From Glaucostegus cemiculus (taxonomy: Eukaryota): a DNA stretch of 64,000 nt. A program made the position numbers and the translations under genes. Below, piece by piece: positions 27,901-42,900 of the stretch. Under the pieces are notes generated by a model. The model was not told the DNA's origin. It made no database searches and saw only the letters and a program-made list of their open reading frames with translations. The stretch is taken from assembly GCA_976551045.1 (NCBI GenBank), contig CDPCPM010000033.1, positions 27,342,001 to 27,406,000 of the forward strand. Direction: 5' to 3'. Position 1 is the stretch's first letter, and each line of letters begins with the position of its first letter.

Positions 27901-30900
27901 GCTATACGTGTTGAATAGGAGTCTGAAATCAGGTGCTATACTTTGATCTTTGGCTATCACTGGCACAGCCAAGAGTCTAGGATCACTTTTCCCTTTTTCA
28001 TTGAAAGCTATTACACGGAAGAGATATTCCTGCCCTGAACTGAGACCAGAAATGACTGCATCACAAGTCTTGGATTGGGTAACAACACCCCAACTGTCAG
28101 ATCCTTTGGGCTGCATTTCTACCAAGTATCCCATGATTCTGCTACCTCCATCATGGTCAGGCTTCTCCCAAATGAGTGACACACTCTTTTGAGTGACATC
28201 AACAAGGGTTATCTTTCCTGGTGGTAAAGGTGGTTCAGAAGCCTTTACAGCATCTGTAGTGTCGACAGGTACACCAACACCAAACTCGTTTTCTGCCATT
28301 ACTCGGAAATAATAAATAGCTCCTTCAGTTAGGTTCTCAATCTTGAGACTGCATTTGTTACATTTAGTGGTTACATTAGCATAGGCTTTTCTGGTTGCTT
28401 CTCGCTTATCAATAATGTAATTTTTAACCTTTGCACCTCCATCAATAATGGGTGGTTCCCATTGCAGTATAACTGATTCTTTCCTTATGTCCTTTACAGT
28501 TAAATTTTGTGGAGCTCCAGGTGTGTCAAGAACCTTCACTGTAACAAATGCGGACTTAGTTCCACTGTTGTTCACTAAAGTCAGAATATATTTCCCAGCA
28601 TCATTTCTATCACAGTTGTCTATTGTTACTTGAGTATAATTGAGGCCCTTTTCTATTTGAGTCTTTTCAGATAGTTCACCCTCTTCCTTTGACCAATTGA
28701 TCTCAGGCACGGGTCTCCCTCTAAATGGTATGAAGATTCTGATGGTACTGCCAGCTCTTGTTGTGATTCCTTTTCTCAACTCTGCTGAGAGTTCAATTTC
28801 TGGTGGTTCAAGTTTATCTTCAGGTTTAACTGTACCAGGCACTGGTGCTGGTTCACCAACTCCAACTTTGTTGATGGCGCATACTTGAATGTTATATTCC
28901 TGATGTTCAATAAGTTTTCCAATTTCAAAACGAGTCACTTGAACTCCAGTTTGTGGTGTGCACATTGTCCAGTCTTCCTCATCTGCTTTACGGATTTCCA
29001 CTATATAACCTTGAATGTCACTACCACCATCATAAATTGGCTTGCCCCAAATAAGCACAATAGAATCTTTTGTTGTGTCTGCAACACGTGGATTTGCTGG
29101 TGGCCCAGGCTTGTAAATTGGATCACATGCTTTATAGAAAGCTGTTGGCTGACTTGGCTCACCAACTGCAGCAGCATTTTCAGCAGATACTCTAAATTCA
29201 TATTCATGGTTTTCTGTGAGACCTGTAACTCTGAAACGCAAGTCTGTTATGTTATGTTTGCTGCATTTTGTCCACCTGATTCCAGTCCTGTCCCTCTTCT
29301 CTAGGACATAACCAGTAATTTCACTGCCACCATTGTCATCTGGTCTATTCCAACAGACAGTCATTGAGTCTCTTGCAATATTATTTACTTCCAAAGATTT
29401 TGGTGGACCAGGAGGTACAAATGGATTCTTCATCAGAGTGGGTGCAGACTCCAAAGGTTCACCAACACCAAACTTGTTGACAGCCATTATACGGAAAATA
29501 TATTCATTGCCTTCCAAAAGCTTGGTAACTTTATGCATTGTTGCTTTGACATCTGATGTCACAACTGTCCAAGCCAGGCGACTAGTTTCTCTTTTCTCAA
29601 TGATATAATGTGAAATTTCACTTCCACCATCATGTTCTGGTGTGCCCCAGGATAATGAACACTTTTCAGTTGTGACACCAGTTACTCGGATTGGACCTGC
29701 TGGAGGTCCTGGTCTGTCCAAGACTTTTACATTAATTGATACAGATTTTGTACCAGCCACATTAGAAGCTTGAAGAATGTACTGCCCACCATCTACTCTG
29801 ATTGCATCCTTAACTAGAAGTAAAGCTTTAAAATCAGTATTTTTAACCTCAAGTCTTGCTGACTCTTCAACTTCTTTTTCACCTTTGATCCACTGTATAA
29901 CAGGTAATGGTTTGCCATGAACATCAGCATCTAACTTAAATGCTTCACCTGCATTAACCACTATTGTATCTTTGTATTTTGGATCCATGGATATTCTAGG
30001 TAGCTCAACTTCATCCTTTGCAGTGATGGGCCCAGTATTGTCAGATGGTTTGCTAAATGTACCTGCAGCATTCTTGGCAATAACCCTGAAGTCATACCTG
30101 TCATCTTCAGTGAGACCAGTTACAGTAAACTGGGTTTCAATTATATTTGTAAAGCTTGCCTTCATCCAGCGACCTTCAGGTAAGTCACGCTTCTCTACTA
30201 TATATCCAGTAACAATGCTGCCACCATCATATTCTGGTTTTGTCCACTGAAGTGTTATTGAATTTCGTGTTACAATAATGGCTTCTGGACAACCTGGAGG
30301 ATCACATGGATCACGAGCAAAGTAGCATTCTGAAACTTTGCTGGGTTTTCCAATACCAACAATATTTTCAGCATAAACTTTGAATTCATATTCAATGCCT
30401 TCTTCAAGTCCTGTAGTCTTAAATCTTGTATCCTGTATTATAGTTCTATTGACCTTTGTCCAAAGAATACTGTTCCTTTCTTTACGCTCCAGGTGATATC
30501 CCAGGATTTTGCTACCTCCATCACTAATTGGTTCATGCCACTGGACTATCATACTGTCTTTACCAGCAGTTGCTACAAATGGTGTACCTGGTGGGCCAGG
30601 CTCTTTAAATGGATACTGTGCTAAAATTGCCTCAGAATCCAAAGCAAAACTTCTACCATACCTATTTTCAGCAAATATTCTAAACTGATATTCGGCTCCA
30701 GTTTTAAGTTTGCTTATCTTCAGACTTGTTCTCGCAACTGTAGCTGAAACAATCTCCCAGGCTGTGGTAGTAGTATCTCTCTTCTCAACTACGTAGTTAG
30801 TTATCTGACAGCCACCAGTAAAGGTCGGAGGATCCCATGAAATTGAGATGCTTTCAGCGCTGACTGCATCAAACCTTACAGGGCCACTTGGAGGGCCAGG

Positions 30901-33900
30901 CTTATCAAGTGTTATTATTTCAATGGATGCTGCTTTTTGGCCGACAACATTAGCCACAGTGATGTTGTATAAACCATGATCATCTCTAATTGATTCCTTG
31001 ATGTTCAGTACTGTACTATCGTCAGAGTCAACAACATTGACTCTAGTTGTCTGTTTGAGTGGCTGACCATCCTTTATCCAAGTAACTTTTGGTTTAGGAC
31101 GTCCAGATATAGGGATTTCAATTTTTAAGTCTTGACCTACTTGTACACTATAATTACTAAATGCTGGTCTGATATCTGGTTCAATCACAAGATCTTTAGC
31201 AACCACTGGCACTGCAAGAGTTCTTGGGTCACTCTTGCCTTTTTCATTCACTGCTATAACTCTAAACACATATTCCCCTCCTTGTGTAAGGTTACTGATT
31301 GTTGCCTCAAGTGTCTTCACATGAGCACATGCTGACCACTTTTCACTCCCTTTTGTTTGCATTTCTACAATGTATTGGGTAATTCTGCTACCACCGTCAT
31401 GTTCTGGCTTCTCCCATGTAAGGGACACAAATTTTCTCGTCACATCAACGACTGTTATTTTTCCTGGAGGCTGTGGCACTTCAGATATTTTAACTGGGTC
31501 AACAGTTTCTGCAGGTAATCCAATTCCATGCTCATTTTCAGCAGTTACTCTAAAATAATAATTGCAACCTTCCTGAAGTTGTTCTATCTTAAAAGATGTC
31601 TTGTGGCAGTTGGTAATAACGGCCGAGTATGCCTTCCTTGTAGATTCTCGCTTTTCTACAATGAAATTTTTAACTTTGGCACCTCCATCCAACAGAGGAT
31701 GTTCCCAGGATAAAGTGACACTATCTTTAGTTATCTCTTTGACTTTAAGATTAACTGGTGGGCTTGGTGTATCAAGGACCCTCACATTAACAAAGGCAGA
31801 TTTTGTTCCACTACTATTCTCCAAATTTAAAATGTATTTGCCAGAGTCATATCTGTTAACGTTATCAATTACAAGTAATGTATAACTTTCAGAAACTTCA
31901 ATCTGTGCAGTGTCTCTTATTTCACCATCTGCTTTGGTCCATTTCACTTCTGGAGTTGGCCGGCCTCTAATAGGAACGAATAATCTCAAAGAACAACTGG
32001 CTCTGACATTAATAATTTTCCTTAGATCTGCATCAAGGTCAAGGTCTGGGGGTTCCAATTTATCTTCCAAAATGACAGTGCCAGGAAAGTCAGCATGTTC
32101 ACCAACTCCAGCCTTATTGATAGCGCAGACACGGAACTTGTATTCATGTTTTTCCAGCAATTTATCCACTTCAAATCGGGTTTGTGTAATCCCACTTGAC
32201 GTTGTGCACATTGTCCATTCATCAGTACTTACATCACACATCTCTACAAGGTATCCTTGGATTTCACATCCACCGTCATAAATAGGTTTTCCCCATGATA
32301 GGAAGACAGAAGATTTTGTAACATCAATTACTTTAGGATTGTTTGGTGGTCCAGGTTTGTAGATTGGGTCAGATGCCTTATAGAAAATGGAGCATGGACT
32401 TGGCTCACTGACACCAGCAGCATTCTCTGCAGATACTCTGAATTCATAATTATGATTTTCAATAAGCCCAGTAGCTCTGAAACGTAGTTCACTAATCAGT
32501 CGTTTGTTACACCTTGTCCATCGTATTCCTTCTTTGTCACGTTTTTCCAAAATGTAACCTTGAATTTCACTACCGCCATCAGATGCTGGTCTTCCCCATG
32601 CAACTATCATTGAATCCTTTGTGATTGTTGTAACCTCAGGTGTCTTTGGTGGATCAGGGCAGACGAATGGATTCCTTGCTATTACAGAGTCAGATTCAAG
32701 GGCCTCGCCTACACCATATTTGTTTACACCCATAACACGGAAGATGTATTCATTTCCTTCCAGAAGTTTGGTAACTTTGCAACTTAAAGTTTGTACATTA
32801 GAGTCAACTAATGTCCAGACTAGACGACTTGTTTCCCTTTTTTCAACAATATAATGTGAAATATCACTACCACCATCTTGTATTGGTGGCTTCCAGTTTA
32901 ATGTGCATTTCTCAGCAGTTATTCCACTTACAGTGATTGGCCCTTCTGGTGGCCCTGGTTTGTCTAGCACCTTCACATTAACAGTTACAGACTTTTGACC
33001 AGCTACATTCTTTACCAGAAGGGTATAGGGGCCACTGTCTACACGAATGGCTTCTTTCACAGACAGAACTGTATTAAAATCAGTACTTCTAATTTCAAGC
33101 CTAGCTGTATTTGAAAGTTCTTGGTCTCCTTTCATCCACTGGATTGTAGGTATTGGTTTTCCATAAACATCAGCTTCAATTTTGAATGATTCATCTGCAT
33201 GCATTACAAGAACGTCCTTATATTGTGGATCCATGCTAATTCGTGGTGGGTCTACTTCATCTCTAACAGTGATTGGACCAGTGGATTCAGAAGGTTCACT
33301 GAAAACACCAGCTGCATTTCTTGCAATTACTCTGAACTCATACCTCTGGTCCTCTACTAAGCCAGTTACAGCAAACTGGGTATCAATGACATTAGTAAAG
33401 CTTGCCTTCATCCAGCGGCCATCAGGAAGTTCTTTCTTTTCAACAATGTAGCCAGTGACTTTACTGCCACCATCATATTCAGGCTTGGTCCACTGCAGTG
33501 TCACTGAATTTCTAGTGACAATTATAGCTTCAGGGCGACCTGGAGGATCGCAAGGGTCTCTAGCTGCGACACATTCAGATAATTTACTAGGCTTTCCAAT
33601 GCCAACAATGTTTTCAGCGTACACCCTATACTCATACTCAATGCCTTCTTCAAGATTAGTAGATTTGAATTTAGTATCAGTAATAAGTGCTTTATTCAGT
33701 TTGATCCACAAAATGCTGTTTCTTTCTTTGCGCTCAAGGTGGTAACCTAGAACCTTACTACCACCGTCACTGACAGGTTCATTCCATTGTACTACCATAC
33801 TGTCCTTTGTGACATTTGTTAAGAATGGAGTACCAGGTGGGCCAGGGGCCTTGTAAGGATATTGTGCCACAATAGATTCAGAAAGGAGATAACTACTCTT

Positions 33901-36900
33901 TCCATATCTATTTTCAGCTGCAATTCTAAATTGATATTCAGTACCAGTCTTCAAACGTGCAGCTTTGATTGTTGTACGGGCAACAGTGGCAGAAATCATC
34001 TGCCAAACAGTGGTTGAAGTGTCTCTTTTTTCAACAATGTAATTGCTGATCTGACAGCCGCCATCATATTCTGGTGGTTTCCATGATATTGAAATGCAAT
34101 CTGCAGTAACATCATCAATTGTGACTGGTCCAGTTGGAGGTCCAGGTTTGTCTAAAACAATAATGCTAAGATTTTCAGATGCTTCACCAGCACTATTTGT
34201 AAGTTTCACATTATACTGACCAACATCTTCACGACAGGCTTCCTTAATGATGAGAACTGTTTTATTATCTTTGCTTTCAGCATTAATTCGTGTTGTTTGT
34301 TTTAATGTTTGATTATCTTTTAGCCAAGATACTGTTGGTTGAGGCCGCCCAATAAATGGTACATCGACTTTTAAGTCTTCTCCTGCCAGGACACTGAAGG
34401 TGGTAAATAGAAGCTTAAAAGCAGGGGCAATCATAAGATCCTTTGCAACCACTGGAACTCCCAGTTGTCGAGGATCACTGATACCTTTCTCGTTTTGCGC
34501 TGATACTCGGAACATATACTCTTCACCCTGTGTCAACCCTGTTATTGTGGCTTCGGTTACTTTCACAGTTGCACATATTGTCCATTTTTCACTGCCTTTA
34601 CTTTGCATTTCCACTCTGTATCCTAAAATTCTGCTGCCCCCATCATGCTCTGGCTTCTCCCATGACAAAACAACACTGCTTCTTGTTACATCCACAAGTG
34701 TTACTTTTCCTGGTGGAAGTGGTCGCTCTGATGCTTTAACCGATTCAGATGTCTCAACAGGAAGACCGATCCCGTATTCATTTTCAGCAAGAACACGAAA
34801 GTAATAGTTACAACCTTCCTGTAAGTGATCCACCTTCCAACTTGTCTTATGACAGTTGGCAATTACTGTGGAATATGCTTTTCTTGTTGACTCTCTTTTC
34901 TCCACTATGTAGTTTTTAATCTTGGAGCCACCATCAATAAGTGGAGGTTCCCATGTAACTGTAACGGAGTCTTTGGAAACTTCCTTAATTTTAAGGTTTT
35001 GTGCTGGTCCTGGAGTATCCAGAACTCTAACATTGACAAAAGCTGACTTGCTGCCACCACTGTTCTCCACCGTTAAGATATATTTGCCACTATCAAACCT
35101 ATTTACATTTGGAATGATAAGAAGAGAGTAAGAGCTTGTATTCTCAATTGATGCTCTATCTAGGGGTTCCCCATCTTCCCTTGCCCATTTAATCTCAGGT
35201 GCTGGTCTTCCTCTAATTGTAACAAATAATCTCAAAGTGCAGCAAGCTCTTATAGACACCACTTTGCGCAAATCTGCATCAAGCTCAATCTCAGGAGGCA
35301 ATAATCTATCTTCCGCTTTAGCTGTTCCAGGAATTTGTGCCGGTTCTCCAACACCTTCAGAGTTGATAGCATATATGCGAACTTTGTACTCTTGGTTTTC
35401 TTTTAAATCTATAATTGTGAATGATGTAGCCTTGAGTCCACTCTGTGGGGTTACAACTGTCCATTCATCTTCTTCAGGGAGACATGTTTCCACCATGTAA
35501 CCTGTGATTTCTGAGCCACCATCATAAATTGGTTTATTCCATGCAATAGTGATGGAAGATCTGCTGGTATCTAGCACTCTGGGGTTACCTGGTGGCCCAG
35601 GTTTGAACACGGTGTCACATGCTTTGTAGTATGAGCTTGAAGAACTGGGTTGACTTATGCCGGCAGCATTTTCAGCCAGGATTCTGTATTCATATTCATG
35701 CCCTTCTGTGAGCTTCCCAACTTTGTATCGTAAATCAGTGACTATTCTTTTGTTACATTTAACCCATCTCATTCCTGTCTTGTCACGTCTTTCAATAATG
35801 TAGTTAGTGATCTCACTTCCACCATCAGAATCAGGATGTCCCCAGCAAACCACCATTGAATCCTTGGTAATTGCTGTTACTTCAGGGTTCTTTGGTGGAC
35901 TAGGTGGTACAAATGGATTAACAGCAACAACAGGATCAGATTCTAATGGTTCACCTACTCCATACTTATTTACTGCCATAACACGGAAAATGTATTCGTT
36001 TCCTTGTAGAATTTTGGTTATCTTCAATTTGGTAACTTGAACATCTGTAGCCACATTTGTCCAAGCAAGTCTACTGGTTTCACGTTTTTCAACGACATAA
36101 TGTTCTATCTTTGCACCCCCGTCATCTGGTGGTGGTAACCATGATATCACACACTTTTCTGCTGTAACATCTGAAATTACAATAGGCCCCTCGGGTGGTC
36201 CTGGTCGATCCAAAATTTTGACATTAAACACATGTTTTGCTGATCCTCCAGGATTGGATGCAGTGAGTGTGTAAGCACCACCATCTCTTCTCACACTGTC
36301 TTTATGGATCAGTACAGTGGAGAAATCTGTCATCTTTACTTCTACTTTTCCTGTTTCTTCAAGATCACTTCCATCTTTTGTCCAAACCATTGTTGGTGGT
36401 GGTTGTCCTCTAACATCTGCCTCAAGTTTAAATACCTCACCAGCTTTCAATAATAAAAGACTCTTGAATTTAGCATCAACCAGTATTCTGGGTTCTTCAA
36501 CGTCATCTCTGCATATTATTGCATCAGTAGGTTCAGATGGTTTGCTTACTGCACCAGCAGCATTTCGAGCTACTATGCGGAATTCATATGTATCACCTTC
36601 ATTAAGACCACTGACGGTAAACATAGTCTCCAACACATTGCTGAAGTTTGCCTTAAGCCAGCGACCATTAGGTAAATCCCTCTTTTCTACTGTGTAACCA
36701 GTTATCTTGAAGCCTCCATCATATTCTGGTTTTGTCCATGTGAGTGTAATTGAATGTCTTGTAACATTGATTGGAACTGGCTTACCAGGAGGATCAATGG
36801 GGTCCAGTGCATAAACTGGTTCCGACGCTTTGCTTGGTTTACCTTTACCAGCCATATTTTCTGCTATGACACGGAATTCATATGCAATGCCATCAGTAAG

Positions 36901-39900
36901 CCCAGAGGATTTAAATGTGGTACCTGTAATCAAAGTCTTGCTTACAGTTTGCCAAAGTATACTATTTCTTTCCTTTCTTTCAATGTGATATCCTAAAATG
37001 GGACTTCCACCATCAGTAACTGGATCATTCCAGGTGAATGTCATTGAATCCTTATTAACGGCAATAACTTGTGGAGTTCCAGGTGGTCCTGGCACTTTAA
37101 ATGGATATGTTGCAACAACCGCTTCTGAGACAACTGCAGGACCGGTACCATATCTATTTTGAGCCTTAATTCGGAACTGGTATTCAGTTCCAGTGGTAAG
37201 GTGAGGAGCTTTAAATGTTGTACGTATCACTGTAGCTGCTAGTTCTATCCATGATGTGCTGTTGGTCTCGCGCATTTCAACTATGTAATTGTTTATTGGC
37301 ACACCACCGTCATTTTCAGGAGGCTCCCATGACAGCAAAATATAATCAGATGAAATTTCCTCAAATTTAACAGGTCCTTTGGGTGGTCCAGGTATGTCAT
37401 GAACCTGAACAGTGATGATGTCACTTACTTCACCGATTACATTTACAGCTGTCAGTGTAAATTTGCCACCATCACTTCTCACGCATTCATTAATGTTGAG
37501 GATAGTTGAGTTTGCTGTATTTTCAATATTCACTCTCTGTGTTTGCTTCAAAGTCTGGCCATCCTTTTTCCATGTGATTGTGGGATATGGTCGACCAAGG
37601 ACTGGAACATCCACTTTGATATTATCTCCTGCCCTCGCAATCACAAGCTTCTGATAAATGCCACGTAGATCAAACGCTGGAAGCATGGTTTGTTCTTTCA
37701 CAAGAACTGGTCTGCTTTCTCGTGGATCACTCCTTCCAGCTGCATTAACTGCCATGATACGGAACGTATATTCATCATTTTCACTGAGATTCCTTGCAAC
37801 ATAGTCTAATGTCTTTACAGTTGCCAGGGACAGCCATTTTTCAGAATCTTTTTTCTGTGCCTCAAGTACATATCCTGTAATCTTGCTACCGCCATCGTGT
37901 TCTGGTTTTGGCCAAGCTAGGCTAACAGTATTCTTTGTTATGTCCATAATATGCAAACGCTCTGGAGCTGATGGGGCCTCAGATGCTTTTAAAGGATCAG
38001 CAGTTTCAGCTGGTTCACCTATGCCATATTCATTCTCTGCCATTACCCTGAAGTAGTACTGACATCCTTCTGACAAATTGATGATTTTGAGTGAACATTT
38101 CTGACAATTAGTTGCAACGGTAGAGTATGCTTTACGTGTTGATTCACGTTTTTCTATAATGTAATTGGTTATTCTTGAACCACCATCAATCATTGGCATA
38201 TCCCACTGCATTGTAATGCTATCTTTTGTTATTTCTTTGGCTCTGAGATTCATAGGTGGTCCTGGCGAATCAAGAACTTTCACATTTACAAAACCACTCT
38301 TTTTACCAGCAACATTTTCAAGACACATCGTATACTTTCCAGCATCATATCTAGTGCATTCTGGGATAAGTAGGAATGTGTATGAATCTGTAGTTTCTAC
38401 AGTAGCATGGCCTTTAACAGGGATGTCTCCTTTAAACCACGTGACTTCAGGAGTTGGTCGCCCCTTGATTGGTACGAAAATGCGAATGGTTGCCCCAGCT
38501 CTGATAACAAGAGTTCTTCTTAACTCAGCATCTAACTCAAATTCAGGTGCTTCTTCACGTTCCTTAATTTCAATAACATCTTCAACTTGTGCAGGCTCAC
38601 CAACACCCTCTGCATTGAGTGCACTAATTCTAAAGTTGTATTTTTCTCCTGACTGAAGATTAGCAACAACAAATTCAGTTATTCGGAGTGCAGTGCCTGT
38701 TGTGTCTTTTACCCAGTTTTCATCTCCCTCTTTTTTGTGTTCAACTATATAGCCAATAATGTCAAGGCCACCATCGTAATGGGGTCTTCCCCAAGTCAAA
38801 CTAGCAGTTGTCTTTGTTGTGTCAACCACTCTTGGGTTAGAAGGAGGTCCAGGTACATCTGTAAGAGAAAATTATTTAATTAGATTTAACAATGCCTAGA
38901 TTCACAGAACAATTTTTCAATACCTGTTTAATAATAGTGATGTAAATTTAATCCTTACATGCAACATCTTTTGTCAATACTGATTGTGATGGATCACTTG
39001 GTGGACCAAACCCTGCTTTATTCTCTGCACTAACACGGAATTCATACTCAGTTTCTTCATTAAGTCCAGTTACTTTATATCGCAGATCTGAGATTGGTTT
39101 CTTTGTTACTCTAATCCATCTGAGTCCTTTCTTCTCCTTGCGCTCCACAATGTACCCTGTGATTTCACTACCACCATCATTAGCTGGTCTCTTCCAGCCA
39201 ATAGTAACTGTATCCTTGGTAACATTAGTCACTTCAGGTCTTCCAGGGGGACCAGGAGGACCTGAAAGAGGAATATTACAAAAGCAGTTTACATTTCTGT
39301 CAAGCCAAATATATAAGATAAAAACAGCGCAAAGCTTCATATGTTAAAATGAATGTATTACCAAAACTATCCACCATCTTAACGGGTTCTGACTGTGCTG
39401 GCTCGCCAATTCCAAACTGATTTACAGCAGAGATGCGGAAGATATATTCATTTCCCTGTATAAGTTTGCTTGCTATATATCTACAGCTTGGAACATCTTC
39501 AGCAACCAAAGTCCATAGAAGACGACTGGTTTCTCTCTTTTCAATCGTGTAAGATTTGACTGGAGAACCTCCATCTTCGGTTGGTGGTAACCAATTTAGG
39601 GTAACTTTTTCAGATGAAACATTGCTTATTTCAATAGGTCCTGGGGGACCTGGAACATCCAACACTTTCACACGTACATTTTCTTCTTTGGTCCCGAATG
39701 GATTGCTTGCAGTGATAGTATATTCACCAGAATCTTTTCTGGTAGCATATTTAACAGATAGTGTTGAGGATGTTGGAGTTTTTTCAATGAGAACAATGTC
39801 AGAAACCTTGAAGTCTTTCCCACCCTTGGACCACACTGATGTTGGTAATGGTTTGCCAAGAATACTTGTAGCAGTAATTGTAATAGTATCACCAGCTTTA

Positions 39901-42900
39901 ACTGTTAAGCCTTCTTTAACTGTTGGATCAATCACAATTGTTGGTGCCACTGCAGGGTAAAAAAAAGGGTATTAATAATACAATTATTTTCATATTTAAT
40001 CATATGATCATGTAGGGTGAGAAGAAAAAATTACGTACCATATTCATCCTGGCATATAATCGTTCCTGTTGTTTCAGATGGCAGACTAATCGCTCCTGCT
40101 GCATTCTTTGCCTTTATACGGAATTCATACTTACAGCCCTCAGTAAGGTCATTAACAGTAAAAGCACATTCTTGAACGTTAACATGATTTGCTTTCATCC
40201 AGGCCTTTGAAGGCAGGTCACGTTTCTCAACAATGTAGCCAATTAGTTTGTGACCTCCATCATATTTTGGTTCAGTCCAGATTAAGGTTACAGAGCTGCG
40301 GGTAACATTAATGACTTCAGGTTTTCCAGGAGGATCTGAAAATAAACATTTTAGATGTCAGATGATGATTTTGAAATGTATAATATGGAATAATAAATGA
40401 GCAACTGTACATTGGCTTTCACCTACCAATTGGATCAAGAGTAGTTACAGGATGTGATGGTCCACTTGGTTTGCCAATACCAGCCAAGTTAATTGCCATA
40501 ACTCTAAATTCATACTCAAGACCTTCAGTCAGGCCTGGGACTCTAACATCCTTCATTCTTAATGGCGTCTTACTTGCTCGCTTCCAAAGGAGACTGTTTC
40601 TTTCCTTATACTCCACATGATAACCTGGTGCAAAAAAAATGTTATAAAATTCTGTGTGTTTAACTGTTGGTGTAAAGGAAGATATTTATTCCTTGTACCT
40701 GTGATAGGGGATCCACCAGTCCTCTTTGGATCCAACCATGTCAGGGAGACAGAGTCATGTCTGACTGCAACTATTTCTGGTGGCAAAGGAGCATCAGGCA
40801 CATCTTGGGGAAGGGGAAAGAGAAACATTAATCAGCTTTAAAATAAATATTGTACCCTAATCAAAATTTAGTTGCAAACTTGATTGCCACTTACCAAATG
40901 GATGCCTGGCTATGACAGGGTCAGATTTTAACCCTTCGCCCACTCCATATTTATTTTCAGCACTGACTTTAAACATATATTCTGTTCCTTCATGAAGCCT
41001 TGTAACTTTGAATGTTGTTTTTTGTACAGCAGAGGCACATGTTACCCACTTATTGGTGACGTTATCCCGCTTTTCTAAAATATAATTTGTTATTTCTGAG
41101 CCACCATCATCCTTCGGGGGGCCCCAGCTTAAAGTAATTGCATCTGCTGTCACTTCGTTGAAACGTAGTGGTGCAGTTGGTATTCCAGGTTTTCCAACTA
41201 CTTTCATGAATATTGAACCTTCTTTAGTGCCAGCAGAATTCTTCAAGTTAATTGTGTATTTTCCAGCATCGTTCTTTTGACATTCTCGAACTGCAAGAGT
41301 TGTATTAATTGCTGAGGATTCCACAGATATTCTTCCACTTTCTTGCAGCTGGTCTTCACCTTTCCTCCATGTTACTTTTGGTGCAGGTTTGCCACTGATT
41401 GGAATCTTTATACGGATATTACTTCCCTCTTTGGCAATGTATGTTAGGTCAGGAATGTCTCTTAGATCAATATTTGGTGGAACTATTAAGAAAACAAATA
41501 TGATTCAGTTTAGAAAACTCAAATTTCAATTTTTATGATCAGATTTAGAAACCATTGTAATTTATTATTGATTGCCCAAACTGTATTTTTATAGGTAAAA
41601 TCTTAAGGCAAATTAAGAATTAACTTAACTTAGGTTCATATATTTGGTTAAACAATTTCAAAAATATTATTTTAGTTAATGTCCAACACTAGCAATTATC
41701 AGAAGTATAGAGCAAATACAATATGCATTTGACTTATGTCAGCTTAATTATGGGGCAAATGTAATTTATTAAGCTTTGGAACTTTCTCAGCAATAATGGA
41801 AATAAATGAATCTTCTACAACAGCAACAGCAACAGGAGTAGCTCATATAACTGTTTAAAGAGATTCAGTTAGATCTCCACCTATTAGTACCTCACTTCCA
41901 TTTACCCACTTTTGATCCATTTCACTTGATGTCCATTTTTATGCCTCTTAATTTAACTCAGCATTAGCTTATCTCTAAATGTAAGACTTCAAACCTTTGC
42001 TTCAATTTCTCCACCAGAAAAAATGTCTGGATCTATTCTGCTGAATCTATTCATCATTTCAAATATCAACTAAATTACCCACAACTTAGACACAAACTAA
42101 TATATCACAAATTCATATAATGTGTTTCCATAATTTAACACACTGTTTTGATTTCATTTTGCTAAATCTGCTCTATACTCCCTCCTTCCTAAGGTGTTAT
42201 CCCCTGAGCTCAGTGCAATACACTTGATAAGGTCTGGCCAAACCTCTATACAACTAAAGCACAACTTCCTCTCTCTGTGTTCCAGTCCTTTTCAACATTC
42301 AACTAGGTTTTAGTGTTTTATGAATCTGGATATCCAAATCCATTTGAGATAGTCCTAGTCCCTTGCCATTAAAAAATATTTGATATGTTTTTCTTTACTG
42401 TCATTTTGCTATCTTGTTCAGAATGGTATAAAATTATTTCTGGTACTCTAAAAATAACACTGATGGAGTAGTCAGATATGAGATTACAGTTGAATCTACT
42501 AGTGATGAGGTTCCCAACTAAAAATCAAAATATCATCTGAATATTGTGGTTTTCATTTAAACCTGTTATTTGTCAATTAGATTATCTCATTGGGTCAAAT
42601 CATCCAACAGGACAAGTGCCCATGACTTCTACATAGTATGAAATATGCACTGCCGCTTGAACTTCAATGAACCTAGGCTGGGCCTTTGACAAACTCTGCA
42701 CCATTTGTCAATCATCTGTGCATGGGGGGAGGCTGCATAACAAATGTCAGCATGCAGTGATTATGTACACTGATTTGTCCTCCAAGGTGACTGACAGAGA
42801 AACACTTGGAGAAGTTTCTTGGCTGTGTTCTGTCTCGGCATGGAGAGGGGCCTCATAGTCACCTACCAACTTGGGCACAGCTGATAAATGTCATCAAGGC

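Noticed and set aside
21844-38656. Dozens of plus-strand ORFs (60-200 aa) antisense to titin exons, recurring with the super-repeat period
   Set aside because: They are shadows of the titin reading frame (reverse complements of Pro/Gly/Asp-rich codons give recurrent LPPS and PGGPG strings). They have no independent domain signature, splice pattern or promoter, and there is no sequence evidence here for a TTN-AS1-like transcript.
42501-42540. AGTGATGA ... CTGA resembling C/D box snoRNA motifs
   Set aside because: Only about 40 nt, antisense to the host transcript, with no terminal stem or recognisable guide sequence.
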